Assembly (NCBI GenBank): GCA_965120305.2
Contig: CBCPMS020000365.1
Location: forward strand, 22,142-54,141
DNA length: 32,000 bases
Origin: Rotaria socialis
Taxonomy: Eukaryota
Direction: 5' to 3'
This document shows, in pieces, positions 10,411-23,541 of the stretch (position 1 is its first letter; each line of letters begins with the position of its first letter). The notes under the pieces were generated by a model that searched no databases, had not been told where the DNA came from, and saw nothing but the letters and a program-made list of their open reading frames with translations. The translations under genes and the position numbers were made by a program.

Positions 10411-11538
10411 AATGAGAAACATCGTTTATTATTGTACTTTTTTTGAGCATTATATTGTTCAATATGTCTCGTTTAACTCAGAGCATTTAAGAAAGTTTCT
10501 CGATTGATTTTTTTTAGACATAACAACATGTATGGTTACAATACTATTCATTATTGTCTGTCGGTATTATACACCATTCTCTGACGAATAAAGCATATTT
10601 GAAAATCAAGAAATATATTTTCGAACATTTTCATGATAAAGATAGAAAACGTTTTTTTTTAGATGATCCAACTCTCATCACTTTTCAAGTGTAGACTTCG
10701 TACAGTATATCGAATCAAGTCAATTGTGTAGTTCTTCTCATGTGTATTAGGGTGATGAGGATATTCCTTTTAGAAATAGATCAGATTGAAAACGAATTTA
10801 ACCACACGACCAGTAATCGGTCAGAAATGCTTTTCTCGACGTGAACTTTGTAAAGATCATCGTCACCTTCAAAAAATAAGATTATTATTTATTGAGCATT
10901 ATAAAGTATTACAGCTAAGCTAATACCGAACACAGATTATATCTCGATGACATATTTGGATCATTGTTTTCTATGACTCTACTTAAGATCCTCTAAAATG
11001 TATTTCTGTATTTTAATATTCATTAGAAATTAGAGTTCGATGTCTATTACATTTCAAAAGTGTTGTATACTGGAGAGAAAGCATTCTGTTTTTTTTTCTG
11101 TCTATGTAACTTAACTTGAGACGCCTTAATAAGTTGCGTCTTATTTTATAATTCATGTTAATCAAAATGTTTTAACATTTCCAAGTAGAACTTTATTAAA
11201 TAAATAGTAAAATATATCTCTTATGGACCTTTTACGATAAGGTATGCAGAGTTTTAGCGTCTAACAGTTCAGTGCTGTACACGTGCATGTTGGCTAATTC
11301 TCAATTACTGCTAAGATTCACTGAAGCCATGATATAGTCTGTTAACATAACTCAATCGAGTTTATCAACTCATCGTTGTGCTGACTTGACGTTAGCGCCG
11401 TCTATGATTCACACTTCACATTTTTATTGGCTGAAATTGGCGTTGCAAAATTGTTTGCTTTCGTTGGATCGAACAGACCTCGAGTAAAAAAAATTGTTTT
11501 TTTTTTACAAATCATTTTAATTATTCCAAAAACCCACA

Positions 11539-13861
11539 ATGATGGAGCTCGAAAATATACCACTTGAAATTGATTCGAATAATGAAAACACAATTCTATC
11601 ATCATCATTACTGGACGAAATAACTTGTGCGATCTGTTTGGATATATTCGAAGAACCAAAACGAACTTCATGCTTACATGTAGCATGTCGTCGATGTTTA
11701 GAAGAATATCATCATTCGTGTAAAAATGAAATGGATATTGCCACTTGTAAGTGTTCTTTTTTTTATTATCTCTGATTTAGTATTGATAGAAAAATAATTT
11801 TTGGATGTATTTAGGCCCGCAATGTCGGGCGCCATCAATTCTCCTGCCTAATGGTGATGCTAGTTGTCTTCCGCCAGCCATTGATAAAGAACAACTTATA
11901 AAAATCTATAGACAGAAACAAGATATCAACAGTAAACACATTGGTATGTCAGAATAGAAAAAAAAAAGAGAAAGCTTATGTTTGTTTTTTTGTAATGCAA
12001 TAAATTTAAGGTCAATGTTCTCTATGTCAAACTGATTCTATTAATCTCTATGGTCGATGCTTTCAATGTCAAGAAAATTATTGTCAAACTTGTTATGGAT
12101 ATCATGGACATTTTCATCCGGCATCTTCACATCTATCTCGTACATTTAATGAAATCCGTCTGTTACCGAACGCTCCAATTGAACTCGATGAAGCAATTTC
12201 CTTCACATGTTCGCAACAACACCATAAACGTCCACTTGAATTTTATTGTGTTAAATGTTGTGAATGTCTCTGTTCGGAATGTCTTATTGATGAAACTAAG
12301 TCTCATCACCGACAGCAATCTCATACCATAAAACTTCTATCGCAAGTTGCACAAGACAATCGTTATCAATTAGAACGTCTCTATGTAAATAAATTAAAAT
12401 CAATTCACAAAGAATTAAATGAAACAATCGATTTCATTAGTAAAATTCTCGATCGTGATCAACGATTATTTATGATATTTGATCAATTACAAAAGCAAGA
12501 AGATAAAGTGAACGAACTTGATAAATTAATTCAAACATTAGTGAATCATGCACATGATGTCCATGTTGTTTCGTATGAAAAACAAGCGAAAGATCAATTA
12601 ACAGATATTCTACATGAAAGACCACCAAGACCAAGACAAGGATTTTTACTTAATGGATTAAGATTTGAACCAATATCAAGTAATTGATCGCTCTCGCTTC
12701 TGATTAGATCTTTCTATCATCTAAAACAAACATGTTTTTCAAGTCTCTGATAATATACTTTGTAGTTAAATCTCATAGGAATTTCTCATAAAAGTATTTC
12801 ATATCGATAATAGCAATATGCCTTGATTCTCTCGAGAATTTTATTTCTACTAGCGAAACGAAGTTGCATTTGTATTAGCTGATTTTATCATTACTTTAGC
12901 TGCTCGATATAATTGTCTCATGAGAAATCATTCATTTATTTTAGACTCCAAACGTCTCATGAAAATAATTTTACCATTGGAAATATTGCCAACTGTTAAT
13001 GATCCCATACCTCAACATGTTGAACACGCGTATCTTGATTTTATTCCGATAAGAAATAAAATTTATTCGAAGCCTATCATTGGCTATCAAGTATCATATG
13101 AACAATCGGATTCTGCATTGTTACGTCTATTCGGTTCATTTATTCCACAACAAATCAAACAGTTTACATGTTCACTTTATTCCTATTCATATGTAAATAG
13201 ACAATTTGTAAAAGAAGATACTAGTGAATATTTATTTAATTTTCCAAAACAATTTGAAAACGAAATTAAACAAAAATCTAAACAAGACACAATAACTTAT
13301 TCCGATAACGATGCACAAATAGTCATCATTTATGATTTTAAAGTTGATTGTTTAACAATAAAGCAAATCAATCTACTGTTTGGTTTATCGATAAATGAAA
13401 AGAAAAAAGAAAATTTTCTTGGCTATGATTTACAACTAACATCGATACACATTCGTTTATTAGCAAATAAACAAAAACTACTTATCTGTGGTTTAAAATC
13501 GAATAATAATAAATTAATCTGTTTTGTATACGATGTAAATACACTTGAAAATCTCGATACATATTCATGTTATATTGGAAATAATCTAAAGCAAATTCTC
13601 GATGTTACTATTTGTAATGATGAAAATATTTTTATATGTTTTCAAACAATCGATAGACGATTATATATGTGGTGCGGAAAAGATTATATTGAAGAGATAG
13701 CTTTTAGTGGAATTGAACTTGGAGAAAATAAATGCGTGATTGATCGATTAGCTTTAAGTCAACAAATGGATATTTTAATTGCATACAGAAATATGGAACA
13801 AGATGATGCCCGCACTTGTTTTGCTATAAGCAAATATCTGATGCCATACTGTGACACTTAA
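11539..13861 (+). CDS. RING finger / double B-box (TRIM-like) protein with unassigned C-terminal region
   Basis: Exons 11539-11746, 11815-11943, 12011-12679 and 12945-13861 have consistent phases and sum to 1923 nt. RING: CAICLDIFEEPKRTSCLHVACRRCLEEYHHSC..CPQCRAP. B-box 1-like: CSLCQTDSINLYGRCFQCQENYCQTCYGYHGHFH. B-box 2: CSQQHHKRPLEFYCVKCCECLCSECLIDETKSHHRQQSH. A coiled-coil-like segment follows. Confidence 0.85.
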
Positions 13862-14868
13862 CTATTAGTTTTTTTTCTTTCCGTGAAATTGCATATATTT
13901 ATGGGATAGTTTGTTTTCTTTTTCTGTTAAAAACTAATAAAATATATTCTTTCAGCGCCGCAAACGTTTTTTTTTTATTCTTGTAGCTCTAAATCTACGA
14001 TAGTATTCGGTGAAATGTCAATTTCATTGCTAGTAAAACTACGAGACTAAGTTTAAGAGAAGACCCATTAAATATGGGCTCTTTGAGAGTCGTTGCATAG
14101 CGATGAAGACTTGATGAAACATAATTGATGATTATTTCCTGCACTTCGACCATAAATTGCTTTTGATCACGATTAAATAAATTTTGTATTCAACTGTAAA
14201 AATATTGTAAATCAAATTCAATAAATCTAAATTAACATACGAGCATTCAAATGTATCTCTAGTGGATAAAATTTTCATATTATTTCGATATTTTTTTGGG
14301 AAATTATTGCCGTTGTAAAATTTACTCTTTTTTATATTATCAATATGCTTCCTTACGATGTTCATCATGTACAGACAAAATCAAAATATTTCGCTAATCA
14401 AGGAGACTTATGAAAGTTTACACCAATGCCACGGAGAGTCCAGCTTTGCACATGCGTTCAATAATAGCAATTATTTATCTTTGGATTTTTGCGACATTGA
14501 ATACTTACAAATCAATGATGTAATCTGTCAGATTTTTAATGGCTTCCTTTTTACGGTGATAAAATTCCCGATATATATTGATCATGTGTTATATGAGACA
14601 TTGTTTGACGGCTATCAAAATGATTTGTGGACTTTTGATGATTGAATGAATAAAATATGTTGCTTTTTTTTGTTATCAAATTTGCAGAGCATCTCGAGGT
14701 AATTGAGAAAGAATGAAATATCGTTTAATCAGAAGAAAATTAAAAATCTTCATATGGATATTTTATTAAAGAAATCCTATTTTAACTGATCTTACTGTTA
14801 AAGTTGAATGCATACGTTTAACACAAACGAAACAGCAAACGACAAAAGAAAATTAATGAAACCTAGTT

Positions 14869-15465
14869 TTAGAAAGCAGCACCACTAATCGCACCTGTGG
14901 CTGCCTGTGGACCGAGAAGAATTGATCGCTGTTCACGACTGATTTGTTCGGCGACTTGTAATAATTCTTTTTGAATGAGAATCGGGAAAACGAGCACACA
15001 CATGGTTGAAGTTAACCTAGATAGTCATACAAAAGAAATTCTGAGAATCAAAATCTAGTATAGATCCTACCACCAACTTGCTGTACGACCTTTGTTAAAA
15101 GCAAGTTTAGTTGCTTCAATCGTCATACGATTTAATGCTCCAACAGCATTTTGAAGTGCTTCTGGAAACATTTCTCTCAATGCAATAATACGTTCAAGAA
15201 AAGTTTCATCCTCAAGCAATAAATCATCATCATCACCATCACCACCACTACCTTTATACGCTCTTGTTGATGTAACAACAGGTTGATTGGCGCGAACTGT
15301 AGTTTCTTGTGGTCGTGGTTGCTGAATTAAAAAGCCTGGTAAATCTAAATCAGATGCATCATTATCATTTGCTGCTGCTGAATTCATCATCATCATTTCA
15401 GCTGTTGGTGCGAATTCAACACCATCGTGTTCTGTTATAAGTCGCCGAAGAGTTTCCTCATCCAT
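14869..15465 (-). CDS. TOMM22: mitochondrial import receptor subunit TOM22
   Basis: Exon 1 is 15465-15071 and exon 2 is 15016-14869 (phase-consistent, 180 aa). ETFLERIIALREMFPEALQNAVGALNRMTIEATKLAF...ASWWLTSTMCVLVFPILIQKELLQVAEQISREQRSILLGPQAATG matches the TOM22 pattern (LxErlxgLtEMFPE, TM helix, QILLGP tail). Confidence 0.9.
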
Positions 15466-16070
15466 CAGTTTTGATGAATTTTTTTTTTTAAATCTATGTA
15501 TCTAAAATATGCATATCGAGAACTATTTATCAATCATAGAATAAGATTTGATGGTTCATCTCTGGATTTCGGCTGTAATAAGTATTAAATAAACCTTTTC
15601 CAAAATTATCAAAAAGAAAAACTTCACTTTTTCTGCAGAATTTATCATGGAAACAAAAAAAATAACACGAATTCTCGTCTAAAATATGTATAGATATTTT
15701 AATCAAAAATAAAATAAACAAGTAATTCTCCATCCGCAGCATATACATTGGTTTTATGGAAATAAAGCGCAAGACAAAGAGAGAAAACATAGTGAAACGA
15801 TAGAATACATTGTAAAAATAAAACCGTTAACTTGAAAGACCCATTTAACAGATATTCATCTTTCCCGAGGTTAAAACCGAAATTCTTCGTCACCCAATAT
15901 CTCGCGCAACGGTTTAGAGCACGGAACAAAAAAAATCAAAAACGATCATCAACAAAACATTTTTTCTTTAAAATTCTGCATAAATTTTGTACAGATGAAG
16001 TGTTGGTTAATCTGAGAAAGAGACACAAAATTTGAAAGACAAAAAAAAAAGCAAAAACCGGGAATATTCA

Positions 16071-18696
16071 TTATTCATCGACTTCTCCTTCTTCTTCTTC
16101 TTCATCCTTGCCGTTACGTTGATTGCTGTTACTAGATTTTCGTCGTGCTCTGCGTCTTGTATTTTTCACAAATTTTAATTGTTCCTTGCCATCATCATCA
16201 TCACGATTTAAATGAGTAAATCGATTTACATCTTCAACATCATCAGCTCCATAATCAGTTGTTGATGCACTACGAGATGCTAATTGATGGTCGTCACTTG
16301 CCGGAAATGCTTCACTATCATCACCACCGGATACACTACTATCAGGAAGTTTTTGTTTATCAACAGCTAGTTTTATTTGATGTTCGAGTTCAATAGCTCG
16401 AGGATCCGATAGATATCGTTCTGAAAAAGTATGACATAAGAATACGAAGAATATGATGAACAACAAAAATCTTACGTTTATCAGCAGTAAAGCCTGGTGG
16501 TCGAAGATATAAATTAATTCGACCATCGAGTGCTAACCGAAGTATATGATTAGCTGCTCGATAAACATCAGGCCGGCAAGCTTTTGCTGTTAAGAAACCA
16601 CGTTTGATTGACCAAGCTAAAACAACGGTTATTTTTCAATAGTTTAACTATTTTTAAAAGTCGACATACCTTCACAAATATCCATTGCACTATATTTAGG
16701 TATTTCTTGTTCGAGTTTGTCGAGCTTGAGAAGTTTAATCATTGGTAACCATTGTGCAAGATAACCAACTGGTGTATAAGGTTCCTGAACTTGTGCTATT
16801 GGATAAATTCCAGCGAGAATCTAAAATAAATTGGTATAGGCATTAGAAAAATCTTCAATTTTCTTATTGTTCTAAATTTACTTGTAATGGTCGTTCAACA
16901 AATGATGGAAAAACTAAACCGGGACAATCACATAAACGTACAGTCGGTGTCAAATGTATTGTTTGGAAATGTTTTGTATGTCCTGGTGTACGTGATACAC
17001 TCACGACCTTATGGCCGACAATACTATTTAATATAGACGATTTTCCAACATTGGGATAACCTGTAAAACCTAGTGTTATATGATTCGTTGTTTTATTTAT
17101 GTTTATCAATGGTGACACATCAATATTTTCATGTTTTAATTTATTATCAATCATTTCATCATTCATACATTGTTGAATGTGTTGCTTCCACGATGATAAA
17201 TCAATACGAGAACCAACTATTGATGATATACATTCAAATAATGCCAATGGGCCAATTGCATAGTAATTTTTTCGACGCACAATACGTGCCATGACTTGAT
17301 AATTATCAAAATCTTCACGCGTCGTCGATAAATCTTTTGGATAGGATGTATAAGTAAGAATATGTAATTGAGGAAATTTTTTAGAAAAATAATCTTTTAC
17401 AGCGATGACAAGTGACGGGGGTACGAGATCAATTTTATTTAAAATAATAATTAACGATTTGTTGTTAATACGTGTAACATTATCGTAGAGTGCTGGAGAA
17501 AAATGAAGAACCTGCATAGAATTAAAAAGGATTAAAGTGAAACATGTAAACCCTTTTATGAACTAGCTATGAATAGGATGAAATGAAATAAAGATTACTT
17601 ACAGCAAAACGTACATCAACAATCATAAGAATGATATCACAAATTTCTATTGTTCGCCATAATTGTCTCCATGTTTCAAGATTCATTTCAAAATAACTTA
17701 AACTATTAGCTTCGTAATTTGCAAAAATTTTGTCCAAATAGCTCTAAAATAAACGAGGAAGTTTTATCGATGGAAATTTTATTTTCTTGAAATAGTTTTA
17801 CATTAAAATAAGTTTGCTCTTGTTGTTCCAATTGTTCCTTGGTCATACTATATGTCCATGCTGGTCGCACAGGCATATCAAGAACACTTCCTGGTCGATA
17901 GATTTGCTCGATAGGAATTTCCAATGATTCTTCAGGCAGTTTTTCAAGGGGTAATTGAGCAATTTTTTTCCGCCGGTCAATTTCATCCCGAGGTTCACGT
18001 TGAAAATGAAGACGATATCTAATAATTAAAATGTAATTTATCCTAATAAGTTTTTCTATAATATATGTATTAGAATTCATTTGAAAATAAAAATCCATCG
18101 ATCGTAAAATTCTTTTCGTTAATTGTTGAGAAATAACATCTAAATTTGCGAATGGTTAATCTCCACAAGACTCGCGTTAAACTCTTTCGTAGCAAATTGT
18201 GAGCTCAAATATATTAATATTGTTTTCTTTACAGTTCAATAAAATAAAAAGCATGACGTTTTACGCTATTACTAAATGTAGCGGAAAACAATCAAGATGT
18301 ATTCGAGCATAGCACTCCTAATAGGTTACTATATATGTCAATGTTTAATGTCCGTTAGCGATGTGCTAATAATTAAGTATATCGATATTCTTCACTAGAA
18401 GATTGTGACATTTAGTTATGATTATGAAAGAATCTCACCGATTTGGATTATAAGTTGCGCCTTCTTGAACAGGCTGTTCATTCAATCGCCGACGAGAATT
18501 ATGCGAAATATTTTTATTATTTGTCGCTGATTCATCATCCGAATCTGCCCATTTATCACCTAAATACAACAATTACTCATAGATATTATCGTAAGTCAAA
18601 TAATATTACCTTGAGCTCGAATTTTTTCTCGTTTTAACTTCAATTGTTCTTTTTTCTTTTTTGAGCTAAATGGTTTCTTTCTTGTACTGCTCATTT
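16071..18696 (-). CDS. GNL1: guanine nucleotide-binding protein-like 1 (circularly permuted GTPase)
   Basis: N-term MSSTRKKPFSSKKKKEQLKLKREK, then RLHFQREPRDEIDRRKK, YRPGSVLDMPVRPAWTYSMTKEQLEQQEQTYF, LIIILNKIDLVPPSLVIAV, GYPNVGKSSILNSIVGHKVVSVSRTPGHTKHFQTIHLTPTVRLCDCPGLVFPS, YTPVGYLAQ, DGRINLYLRPPGFTADK, and an acidic tail DEEEEEGEVDE. G4-before-G1 order as in the YlqF/GNL family. Several short introns. Confidence 0.93.
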
Positions 18697-19081
18697 TTTC
18701 ATAAGATTTCTATCATAATCTTTAAAAACAAAATAATATATGTAAATCCAAATAAAAAAACACACAAAACATTCATCTTTATTTTTTTGTACCATTTCAT
18801 TTAGAAAAACAATAACAGTTAGTATATACTTATAACGATAAGATCAGCACACGAAAATGAACAAAAGCAAAATGTTCGGAAAAAATGATCACACTCACAA
18901 TCTAAATACGATAATAATAAGAAAAGAAAAAAAGATCTCCGAAATATTCAGATCACAATTATGCTTTGCATTTTTTTTGTGTTTACAAAGAAGTAAAATG
19001 ATAAATCGATGTCATTCTTGTATAAATTCTTTTGAGACTAAAAATAATTCAGTATATATATATATATATTGTACTGTTTTT

Positions 19082-21720
19082 TTATCGAGGACTTTGATTG
19101 AGATATTTATTTATCGGTGGTTTTTGTCCGATGCAGAATACATTGAAACCAAGACTGATTAGTTGATCATGATCAAGTATAATACGCCCATCAAATATAA
19201 ATGAGGGCTTTTTCATCGTACTATAAATCAATGGATAATCTAATTTCTAGATAATAAAATAAAAAAATAACAATTTGATATTTACGGAAAGAACTAAGAA
19301 AATTCAATTAATAACTACTTTAAATTCATCCCATTCAGTACAAATCACCAGAGCATGAGACTCTTTTGCTGCTTCGTAGGCATCAGTCGCTATTCGAACA
19401 TGATTACGCACTAGAAATAGAAAACAATTCGAATTTATTTAATAATAATCACGATATTGAATCGTATAGCAGCAGTTTTGAATAATTTGTGTGACTATTT
19501 ATACTGAAAGCCTACGTTTTGCCTACTGAGTTATTCAATTCATTCGATCTATTTATGCTCATCACGATTAAACTCATCTGAAAAGACACCCGCTGTTATA
19601 ATTCATATTGAATTTACAACGACGTCTATGTTAAACTAACAGTAAACTTGAAGAATTTGTCTGCTTAGCCAGCAAATATTTTAAATAGCCGATGGAAAAT
19701 TCCGTAATCGGGAAAATAAATTCCTAAGATACATCGATAGGAACAGATCACGCAGTATTTCGGGGGCAATTTTTTTTATTTTTATAAAATTGATCTTACA
19801 TTCAGCTTCTGATTTGCCAGTTTGTTCAGATAAATCAAGAAAAATTCTTTGCACTGGCACTTTTGGATCATAAATATGCAATGATGCACCTTCAGCTAGT
19901 AAATATCGACATACATAAATACTCGACGATTCTCTACAGATAAAGGAAAAATTCAAAAATCTTTAAATAATAAAAAAAAGGAAACGATTTACCGTGTATC
20001 AGCCGTATCTTTTTTAAAAGCAAAACCAAGAATAGCTATTTTTTTTCCACTAACACTTCCAAATAAATTCTGAACAATCATATGTGCGAAACGTTCTCGT
20101 TGCCAATCATTTATTTTAATAACTTGCAACCAATATTGTGCTACTGGTTCCAGTTTTAATGATTCAGCTAAATAGATGAGATTGTAAACATCCTTTTGAA
20201 AACAGCTACCACCAAAACCTATGCATTTCAATAAAAATAATATGAAAAGTTTTCTTTTTTGCCATAAATTCGTCAATCTATTTACCAACGCTGGCATGCA
20301 AAAATTGATTTCCAATACGAGAATCAAGTCCAACAGCTTTAGCCACTTCACTAACGGATGCACCTGTTGCTTCACAAACCGCTGAAATTGTATTAATACT
20401 TGAAATGCGTTGAGCTAAAAATGCATTAGCTACCTATAAGAAATCAAAAATTAATAAAAGCAACACAATAGACGAAATGACTGACTAGTTTCGATAATTC
20501 CGATGACCATGTATTCGTTGTAAGAATTCGTTCTTTTGGTATCCAATGCTCGTAGACCCATGAAAGCTTTTTGATAGCCAATTCGCCATCAATTGATTCA
20601 TCACCACCAATTAAAACACGATCAGGCGCTAAGAGATCACGAATGGCTGAACCTTCAGCTAAAAATTCTGGATTGGACAGCACTTGATAGCAAACACCAG
20701 GTTGCTTATTTGTTTTTAATATTGTTTTTATCGACTCAGCTGCATTAACTGGTACTGTCGATTTTTCAACAACAATTTTATTACTTGTTGCCGTATGAGC
20801 TATTTGTCGTGCGGCTTCTTCGACATAGCGCAGATCTGGTGCTCGCCCCTATTTATTAAACAACATTGAAACCGAATTATTACATGTCTTATTTCAATTC
20901 TCCTATGAATGCTCCTTCTCTTTGTTCTCTATCTCACAAAAACAACTCTCTAGAGATTTATCTCAATAATCTTTAATTATTCTACGTGATAAAAACAAAA
21001 AGAAACGCACGAATGATTTTGTAAGATCGATAAGTGATTAATAAATTATGTTGATAGAACTTATTCATAAAGATTAATTTCATTCTGTTTTTGTTTATAT
21101 CCTGAAAAGATTATTTAGAATCTTTTCAATCTAACAATTCTAATAAAATCCGATTCTTTTGTTGTTGTTCTCGTTCGATCAAATAATCAACTTACATTTC
21201 CAAATCCATAGGATTTCGTTGGTGTATTAACACTAATAAAAATTAAATCAGCTTCTTGTATTGCTTTTTTCGTATCAGTTGAAAAGAATAAATTGCGATT
21301 GCGAATTTTCTTAATAATGTCTTCTAATCCCGGCTGGAAAAAAAAGAACGAAAAAAATTCATTTATTTTTATTAAAACATTCTACTCACTTCAAACAACG
21401 GTAAATGATCTGAATTCCAAGCCGCAATTCTATCAGCGCTTACATCAACAACAGTTACTTTTATATGTGGACATTTACTTGCTATTATAGCGCACGTTGG
21501 ACCTCCAACATAGCCAGCACCTAATAAAAAGCAAAATAACTACTTCAACAATTAGAAAACTAAATAATACCAATGCAACAAATGCGGAATGTTGAATGTT
21601 CATCACCATGGCCATTCTTTTCACTATCTAGAACAATGAAAACAATTGTGTTTTTGTTTATATTATCATAAAACGCCTACCTGAAAAAGTCGGCATTCCA
21701 TCATTATCATTCGACGTCAT
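19082..21720 (-). CDS. UGDH: UDP-glucose 6-dehydrogenase
   Basis: Multi-exon. [195 protein letters not shown]. Confidence 0.95.
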
Positions 21721-21772
21721 AGCCGATCTCTTATTAATAGGACAAATAAAAAAAAGCAAATAATCTAAAAGA

Positions 21773-22456
21773 TTAAAATTTAATTGTATCAAAAATGTGG
21801 AATTCATCGCAATCGATATGCATATAAGGATGAGCTTCAAATGCTAAACAAATTTCATCAATATCAAAACGAATTTCCTTCTGTTTTTCTAATAATTCTC
21901 TACAAACACGATGAAATTTATCTTCGAGTTTTTTTGGATCGTTAGGTTGCTTGATAAAACGAATAAACGAGGTATGAACAATATTCGGTATATGTAACGG
22001 CGCTTGTCCATCCTCCGGTATACAAGTATCACGTATAGATTGCCGAATATGTTCCATACTATTATGAGCGTCATGAAATAGAAAATATCCAGCAGCTTTC
22101 GAAAGCTTTATTGAATCCACTGTAAGAATAATTGGTTTCGGTTTTGCACTTTGTTTTAATTTTGTAAAACATTCGTTCCAATATTTTAAACATGCTTCAG
22201 AATCTTGAGGAACTTCATGTTTAAAACTATACAATGTTGAAATTGTTATGTGTAAATAAGCTATTGGATAGAGATAAACAGATTGTTTTTCGTCGTCATC
22301 GAAATTCGCTTGCAATTGCTCAATTAATTGTTGATAGAAATTAGCAAACTGAATCGGTTTTGGTTGATGAAATAATGCGCATATTATCAGACCAAATGTT
22401 TTTTTCTTCTCATTACGAGCAATTTGTTGTATGAGAGGATCGATTTCGAAGTCCAT
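21773..22456 (-). CDS. 2H phosphoesterase-like (LigT/2'-5' RNA ligase-type fold) protein
   Basis: Intronless 227-aa ORF with two motifs: HITI (22252-22241, in YPIAYLHITISTLYSF) and HTSF (21976-21965, in NIVHTSFIRF). Their spacing of ~92 residues fits the 2H superfamily. Confidence 0.65.
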   Translation of the reverse strand: MDFEIDPLIQQIARNEKKKTFGLIICALFHQPKPIQFANFYQQLIEQLQANFDDDEKQSVYLYPIAYLHITISTLYSFKHEVPQDSEACLKYWNECFTKLKQSAKPKPIILTVDSIKLSKAAGYFLFHDAHNSMEHIRQSIRDTCIPEDGQAPLHIPNIVHTSFIRFIKQPNDPKKLEDKFHRVCRELLEKQKEIRFDIDEICLAFEAHPYMHIDCDEFHIFDTIKF

Positions 22457-23541
22457 TGGTTAGAGAGCATACGCTAGCAAATTATTTATGATGGATATCT
22501 AGAAATATATATATGGCGCAGATGTACTTCATCAAATAATAACTTTGCTAAGTGAGGCAATCAATTATTTTCATATTCAAGGACATAATCAAGAAGTTTC
22601 CAATCGAATAGGACACGAGGCAAATTATTACTTGACAACATATTTATAAATAGTCGTAACGTCTCAAGGTAATAACATATGAATGAATTGCAAATGATCA
22701 GCAATAGTTAAAAGCAACCAACGGGTTAAGTTATCGGCAGATGTCATTAGACACGCAAGTCGACAGTCACGACGTAGACGGTATTGTGTGGATGTAGATG
22801 TAGTTTTTTTAATGTGAACTTTATTTTACATCTTCAAACAGATTGGTTTAATTTGCATGTACATGACAGTTCCGAGCATTGCCAGAACAGTAAGAAAATA
22901 CGCGCATATCATTTCAATCAACTCGAATTAAAAGCAGTATTAGATTGATTCTGACTTGTGTCATTGTATTACAGTCAGAAAAATTTTAAATGAATTTAGA
23001 CAAATAATTCTACACAAGTAGAAAAAAAGAAATAGGCTCACACTTGTTCTTGAAAAGTATTAAGCTTTCAGCAATTTTTCTATGCTTACATATATAAAAT
23101 CCTCGTCGGATAGATTAGAAGCTTTCAAAAATAAGCAGTATAATATTAGTGGTTAGAAACTAGTTATGGAAAGTATCGCAAATGATCTATTGTTAAGTGA
23201 AATGCTCTCGTTCAGAGCTGCATGCAACACAGGTCAGGGAGCGAATCGGAGATGGGCCTTGATCATTTTTTCAATAAAGTTCGAGATCACCTTATCTACT
23301 ACATAATCTGCTTAAAACAATAGAACATTACTTTAAATTTAAGTTGTAGTCTTAAGACATTCTGGATGCGAGTCTCTCGCTTCTCTAGACTGGTGCCGTA
23401 AGGTGTCATTATAGCTAATAGGTTATTTCAAAAGCTCGAGATGCATCTTTCTTTTTGCTTTCAGTAGTAAAATATAGTGGCGCGTTCGAATTTGAATTTG
23501 TTTTTGATTCAGAGAAATCAATTTTTTTCAATTTTTCTTAA

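Noticed and set aside
14132-14645. ORFs 14132..14368 (-) and 14358..14645 (+)
   Set aside because: The plus ORF has a few coding-like residues, but no domain, convincing start context or splice partner was found, so neither was called.
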